A stretch of 64,000 nucleotides of DNA, filler included, from Asterionella formosa (taxonomy: Eukaryota), in assembly GCA_002256025.1 (NCBI GenBank). It is 11 parts of 11 records of this genome, joined end to end, with 100 filler letters (N's around TTAATTAATTAA, not from the genome) between each part and the next. Parts side by side here need not be neighbours in the genome. Positions count along the whole stretch, not along the records: positions 58,364 to 64,000 come from NKIB01012978.1; 10 more parts are not named here. One strand, 5' to 3'. Positions within the stretch are counted from its first letter, which is position 1. Each line of letters opens with the position of its first letter. The notes beneath the pieces are model-generated. The model was not told where the DNA came from. It made no database searches and saw only the letters and a list, made by a program, of their open reading frames with translations. Positions 58,830 to 64,000 of this stretch are shown in pieces. The position numbers were made by a program, and so were the translations under genes.

Positions 58830-59184
58830 TATAGCCCATTTGTTCTCCCCTATTTCTAGGCAAGTCTTTCATTGTGCTACCTGCTGACAAGGCCTGTGCT
58901 TCCCTAGTTTTTTAATGCAGGTGAGTCCCCAACCACCTTTCACAAATGGTGATCGTCTTAGCCACTATGTTACGGGAAACTCCGACCGCCTACTAGGAAA
59001 GCGGCACAAGCTGCTTGTAGGCAGGGGGGGGGGTCAACCCACTATTTATTGCACACCAGGCAAGACCATGCGGGACGGTAAGGAGTGTGGGAGTTGAAGC
59101 AATTGCTTCTCAAGAAATTGCGGGAATCGAATCACACAAGAACCTCAGATCAAAGGCAACGTGCTAAACCACTAAGCCATTTCC
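58830..59184 (-). mobile_element. Putative tRNA-derived SINE
   Basis: Minus-strand head GGAAATGGCTTAGTGG (A box, 59179-59169) and GATTCGATTCC (B-box-like, 59133-59123), about 35 nt apart. No complete cloverleaf seen. 3' body repeated at 52164-52318. Confidence 0.62.
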
Positions 59185-59608
59185 TATTATGTACAGTAGC
59201 TATGTTCATTCCCTCACTACATGTAAATTGGATTGCTACACACGTTACATTGTAATAGCATTGCATATTTTAAGTCCAATCCATTTACCAGGCTTGTTAC
59301 ACTACATAACTACATATAGACTATGGTAGTATTGGATCTGTTTGTTAGCACTATGTTCACTTTCAACAGAGGTTGTTTAAAAAATGTCATTTGCTACATT
59401 CTGATTTGAAAATGAATTGCATTTCTAACTCACGGCTGTACTCTTTTACCTAAAATTCCTACTTTTTGTATATATGGAATCATTATCATAATGGATCCAC
59501 GATGTCTTGGGGGGGCGGGGGGCCCCCCCCCGGGCTACCCCCCCCCCCCCCCCTCCCTTGTAACTTGGCTCAAAATAATTTCATAAGTGCCTTGTCCAAT
59601 TTCGTCCT

Positions 59609-61071
59609 CTACTTGCCATCATCGTTCTGATCACAGCACAATTTGTGCCGTCCCCAATCCTTTTTTTGACATTCAAAGCCACAATCTAGGAACATGTGAG
59701 ACGCAGTTATTATTATAGGTCAATATTGTCATGTTCATGATCAGGTTGGTGAAAAACTGACTTACATGTTGCATTCTTGCATCTCGAGCACTTCTTCATG
59801 TGTGTATAGGGTGATACCTTTTTGCAGGTATCACATTGCACTCTTTTGACTTTTTGAGTTTTGGGTTCTCGTTGTTCTTTTTGTCGTTTCAAACAAAGTT
59901 CCTTATGATCAGAAGCTGCTGCTTTCCGACACGCCTTGGAACAATAACAGACAGATTCGCATGCCTCACAAGGGATGCTCAAAGGATCCATTTGTTCTCC
60001 ACTGCTCCCACTTTTCTTCCCATGTGCTTTTTTACATGCCATATTCCCACATTTCCGACCATATCGTTCCTTGGTCCCCGTGGTCGCAAATGCTTCTTGC
60101 GCAGTGTCACGATTTTGTTGTTGTGATGGCTGATCTATTGTGGCTTGCATACTTCGTGCCAAGACAATCCGATAATCGTGTTGAAGGGCTTCCCATGCCC
60201 CCGAGTGTTCCCATAGATTGTACAAAGTCCAAGCATCCATTTCATCGTCGACATGTGCATGAGACACTGGTCGAGGGGGAGAATCTTGTAAGAAGCTGGC
60301 CGACCCGGCTTCTTCCAAAATTTCCAATGCACTGAGTGAAAAGCTTAACATGGAGGGCCGTTGACGCTCTGGTCCTGCCGCTTGTTTGACAGTGAGTGTC
60401 ATACCGTCCAGCAAGTCTTGCAAACATTCGACACATGTCAATCGACAAATCGTCCGCGTCCCCAACGTCATTCTGGTTCCCTTGATGACAGTGATTTGAA
60501 TGAGGGGGTAAAACAGCATCCAGAACTCCTCGGCAGTGTCTTCATGCGCGCCTTGTTGTGGAGTCGCCGCAACTGTGCCACATAGCGGACAGAGTAGCAT
60601 GGACTCAACATCTGGCCAATCAAAGCAGCCATTGGGAGGAATGCCCAGCTGCTGAGATTGCTCCTTTGTTCGCATCAGAGTCTTGAAGTCTCTGTAGTTC
60701 TCGTGAGTGAAGTAGCACCTGCCAGCGACAGTCAGTGTGACTGGCATCATCTTGGGGACAGGGGCGGGGCTGCTTCCCTGAGTCTTACCGGCGGAGGGCT
60801 CAAGCTGCATAATGGTACATCCTGGAAAGTTCACATAGAAGCCGCTTGTTTCAGTCGTGGTTTCCTGATTGTAGACCTTCAAGTCTTGATGAACCAGCAA
60901 TCGTTGTTGTGGGAGGGACTTGATTCTTGGCTGAAAGGATCCATCGACGGCAAGCAACAGCGAACATTTGGCTTCTTTCATTCCCGACGTTTCCATTCCG
61001 GACCATCCTGCTTCTACCGATACTTTGGAAGACGACGGCGGTTCTGGTGATGATTCTGTTACGTCTGTCAT
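59609..61071 (-). CDS. Protein with two C-terminal MYND-type zinc fingers; intron 59686-59765
   Basis: CGNMAC...CEACESVCYCSKACRKAAASDHKELC and CDTC...CSRCKNATYCGFECQKKDWGRHKLCC, the second completed by splicing. Extra CPLC and CVEC pairs upstream. Confidence 0.88.
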
Positions 61072-64000
61072 GGGGTTCTTCACTGAGGGGATGAAGGAAG
61101 GCAGCGACGAGGACTAATAGACTCGATACCGGTAGTCCCTTTATCTGATTTTTTGTTCCTTGATTTTATGATGCCGCCGTGTGATGATATATGTAAAATT
61201 TCACACCAAAAAGCACGGTAATGCATATTTAGATGAAATAACTTGTCAAGTGCTGGAAATTCGGGTTTTGCATAGCTGTCGCAACGATCATGTAGTGTGA
61301 ATGAACCACGACAGTAAATAGCTATGACCCAGACAGTATGCACTACCAATATGCCCGTTCTGTGCCGTTTGGGAATTTTGCACAGTACTTGCCGAATAAT
61401 AATCTTCTCGTCATCCGGTACCAGGGTACTACAGCACAGGAACTTTCTTTGTTGTTTTGTGCCATAATTATATGCAAGACATTTTATAATCATAATTTTC
61501 TTTAGGATCAAATTTTTCTTTCTAATAATACAGCAGCGGCATCGATGACAATTGATGTTGTGTGGAATATACACGACCATATCAGTGTACCGGTACCGGT
61601 CCGTGATCTTGAACATACCCCTGTACCTGGTACCATTTCCATAACCTGTTATATGCTTCAACTACAATCATTTGCCTCATAGTACTGGCTCAAGCAACAA
61701 GCATACCGTACTTTTATCGGGTTCTGACTTCGGGGTGTACTGTTTTTTACTGGGTGGCTACATACGACAAAGTCTAAGCACAAGTACGGTACGGTACTGT
61801 ACAGAGAAATGGAATCCCATAACAAGCTTGGATGATGCGATGCTTTATGTCGTAATTGAGCACATCATGAAGCACTTGTCATGACTGATAGGACTCAAAC
61901 ACCATGGCAACACAGATTTTAAAATTAGAAGACTAATGTATGCTAAATCTATATGAATTGCTTTATGTTGACATCAGAAAAGGGAAAATCACCCCTCAGC
62001 AAATAGCCATGTCAAAAAACTCTCTCAATAATGACTTCAACTGCTAAGCCTGCTTCCATATGGTGGTTCTCCATCTCCAGAAATTGGAAGAAGGGTTCCT
62101 ACAAGTCAAAGAAGTCAAAGACAATATTACCAAAAGTTAGTAATTGCCTCCAAAATGACATCATCACCACATGTGGAAAGGGGCAATTCAAAATTTCAAA
62201 GCAATTAAAGAATGATGCAATTTTAGCTTATGACTAATCCAAGTTCTAATATATTTCATTACTAGAAACACACTTCATTCACCATTGCGAAGATGACAAC
62301 TGTGGTCCTGATAACAGCAGTCGATTCAGAGGCATTCATGCTAAATGCTACCACAGCTGCACTGTTCCTCAATGTTTCACTAGTAGTGCTTGAAGCCTCC
62401 TCTATGGCGGCTCTTGACTGAAAGTCGTGATGCCATCTTTGGCAGCGCCATCATCGTTTGTTACTATTGAATGTTAGTTCCCCTAATGTCCTGTTGTTTT
62501 TCTGGAACTTGCAAAAGTAGTACAGTGGATGATACAATGTGACGAAGCAGCATGGGAGGTGACTTGATGAGCATGGAAGTGGCATGAGTGAGAAATGATA
62601 ACGCAGCAATAACTGTTGGTCGATTTCAATGATTAATGAGCCAGCAATATTTTCGGTCGTAGTGGGGGGGGGGGTGCTTGAGAAGAACATTGTTAGATTG
62701 CTTTGGAAGAGAGTTGGTCTGTCCCATACAGTGTTGGCTGGCATCCTGAATAATTCACCGAAATTTCCCACTTTTGAGAAGGGGGAACTCTTATTCATGA
62801 AGTGTAGTAGTTATAGCATCAATAAATGTGGAATTGTTTCTACTGTTGTCTAGCTCATTAGCTGTTTCTTGACCAGTGAAAAAGGCATCTTCATTAGCCA
62901 TCACTCTGGATCAGATTTGAGTTAAACGCAAGAAATTCACATGGTGAATACCATGGTGAGTCGAGCCAGAGGCTCGGCCATCAAAATATGAGGCCTGAAA
63001 GCCAGCTAAATTAGTCGACTATCAGATCAAATCAAATTGGGAACAAACTAAAAAGAATCGCTTCTCTCAACAAGAAAGCTTTCACTGTTTCAAATAGATT
63101 AAAGCCTTATTCCCTATAGGCAGATGAAACATTGTGCCGATTTGTTTGCTTCGTTATTTTCTCAGAATGTTGCTCTTGTGTAAAGAGATTCCCTAAAGAA
63201 TTTCTAATTGTTAGTGAATTCACGAGTGGAATTTGTTTGGGGACTCACTTTTCACATAATAACTGTATTAACATGCCATCATGGTGTTTAGTTGGTGCAT
63301 GTTGATCAATTCAGAGAGTATTCGTGGAAAGCACTAATTTGGCGATAACTTATACTTCTATATGACTAGAAATGTTAAGGGAATTCAATAAGTTATTTCC
63401 AAACCACTCCTTGGAAACACCAAGCAAGGCAAGAAAAAGGTGCTGGTATTCTGACATTAGTATCAAATCAAGGTAAAAAGTAGACAAAGTTTATTCGTAG
63501 TTTAGTAATGGCTGTATCAGTTGTTCTCAAGCTTCCTAAACGTCGGAATTGATCAGAATTGGAGGAAAAATACATTCCATTGAAGGAGAAAGTGCCCAAA
63601 TGCGTGAACAAGAAGTCAAAGCTTATTGACATACGGTCATCAATGGCGCCAACTTCTAGCACCATCCCGCCCCTTTCCATCACCCTCTCTCATTCAGCAA
63701 CTACCTGCTGCTCTTTCTCCCTTAAGTTTGCCATAAATAGTACTTTGTGTGTCTCCCAAGACCCTTCTCTCTTGTTCTCTTTCTATGTCTCTTCATCAGA
63801 CTACATCACTCCTCATGGTATTGGTTATTCCATTTCCAGGATTCTAATTTCATAACAATCCCCCCAAATTGGTTGTACACCTTTCATATTTGTTCTCTAT
63901 TTATTGATTGGCATGCACGCTGCTCTCTTCCCCTCTACTGTTTTACACATGATTCAAAATGCTCAAAGAGCCCCATAATGGGCTCCTTGCCCTTGCTCAA

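Noticed and set aside
59115..59184. Functional tRNA gene
   Set aside because: A and B boxes are present, but I could not fold a convincing acceptor stem or cloverleaf. Treated as a SINE head.

Overview
Eukaryotic nuclear scaffold with short GT-AG introns and several N gaps, most containing an artificial TTAATTAATTAA linker. Most likely a diatom; this is an inference from CoDi-type Copia elements and the gene content. Host genes: VTI1 Qb-SNARE, DEAH helicase, DUF866/CZIB-like protein, arylsulfatase, a RING-variant + Myb-like + NLP-type GAF protein, ETHE1, EGLN-like 2OG-Fe(II) oxygenase, SERCA-type ATPase (partial), VAMP7-like SNARE, CRAL-TRIO protein, AAA_16/STAND-like ATPase (partial), a tandem-MYND protein and one hypothetical. 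About half of the window is transposon-derived: two Copia copies plus a solo LTR, a Gypsy 3' end, a Penelope-like RT relic, plant-type mariner copies, a Harbinger relic, a spliced ITm-like transposase between long inverted repeats, and a Plavaka-like element. Most notable: (1) a candidate nitrate-sensor-like regulator with an NLP-type GAF domain but no RWP-RK/PB1; (2) an apparent three-gene Plavaka-like transposon family (unknown ORF-A, transposase, Ulp1-like protease) present as two related loci; (3) GGTACC/TACCGGTA/CCWGG palindrome clusters upstream of most genes; (4) a tRNA-headed SINE sharing its 3' end with another element; (5) a DUF866 homologue lacking both CxxC zinc motifs. All family assignments come from motif recognition by eye, not database searches.
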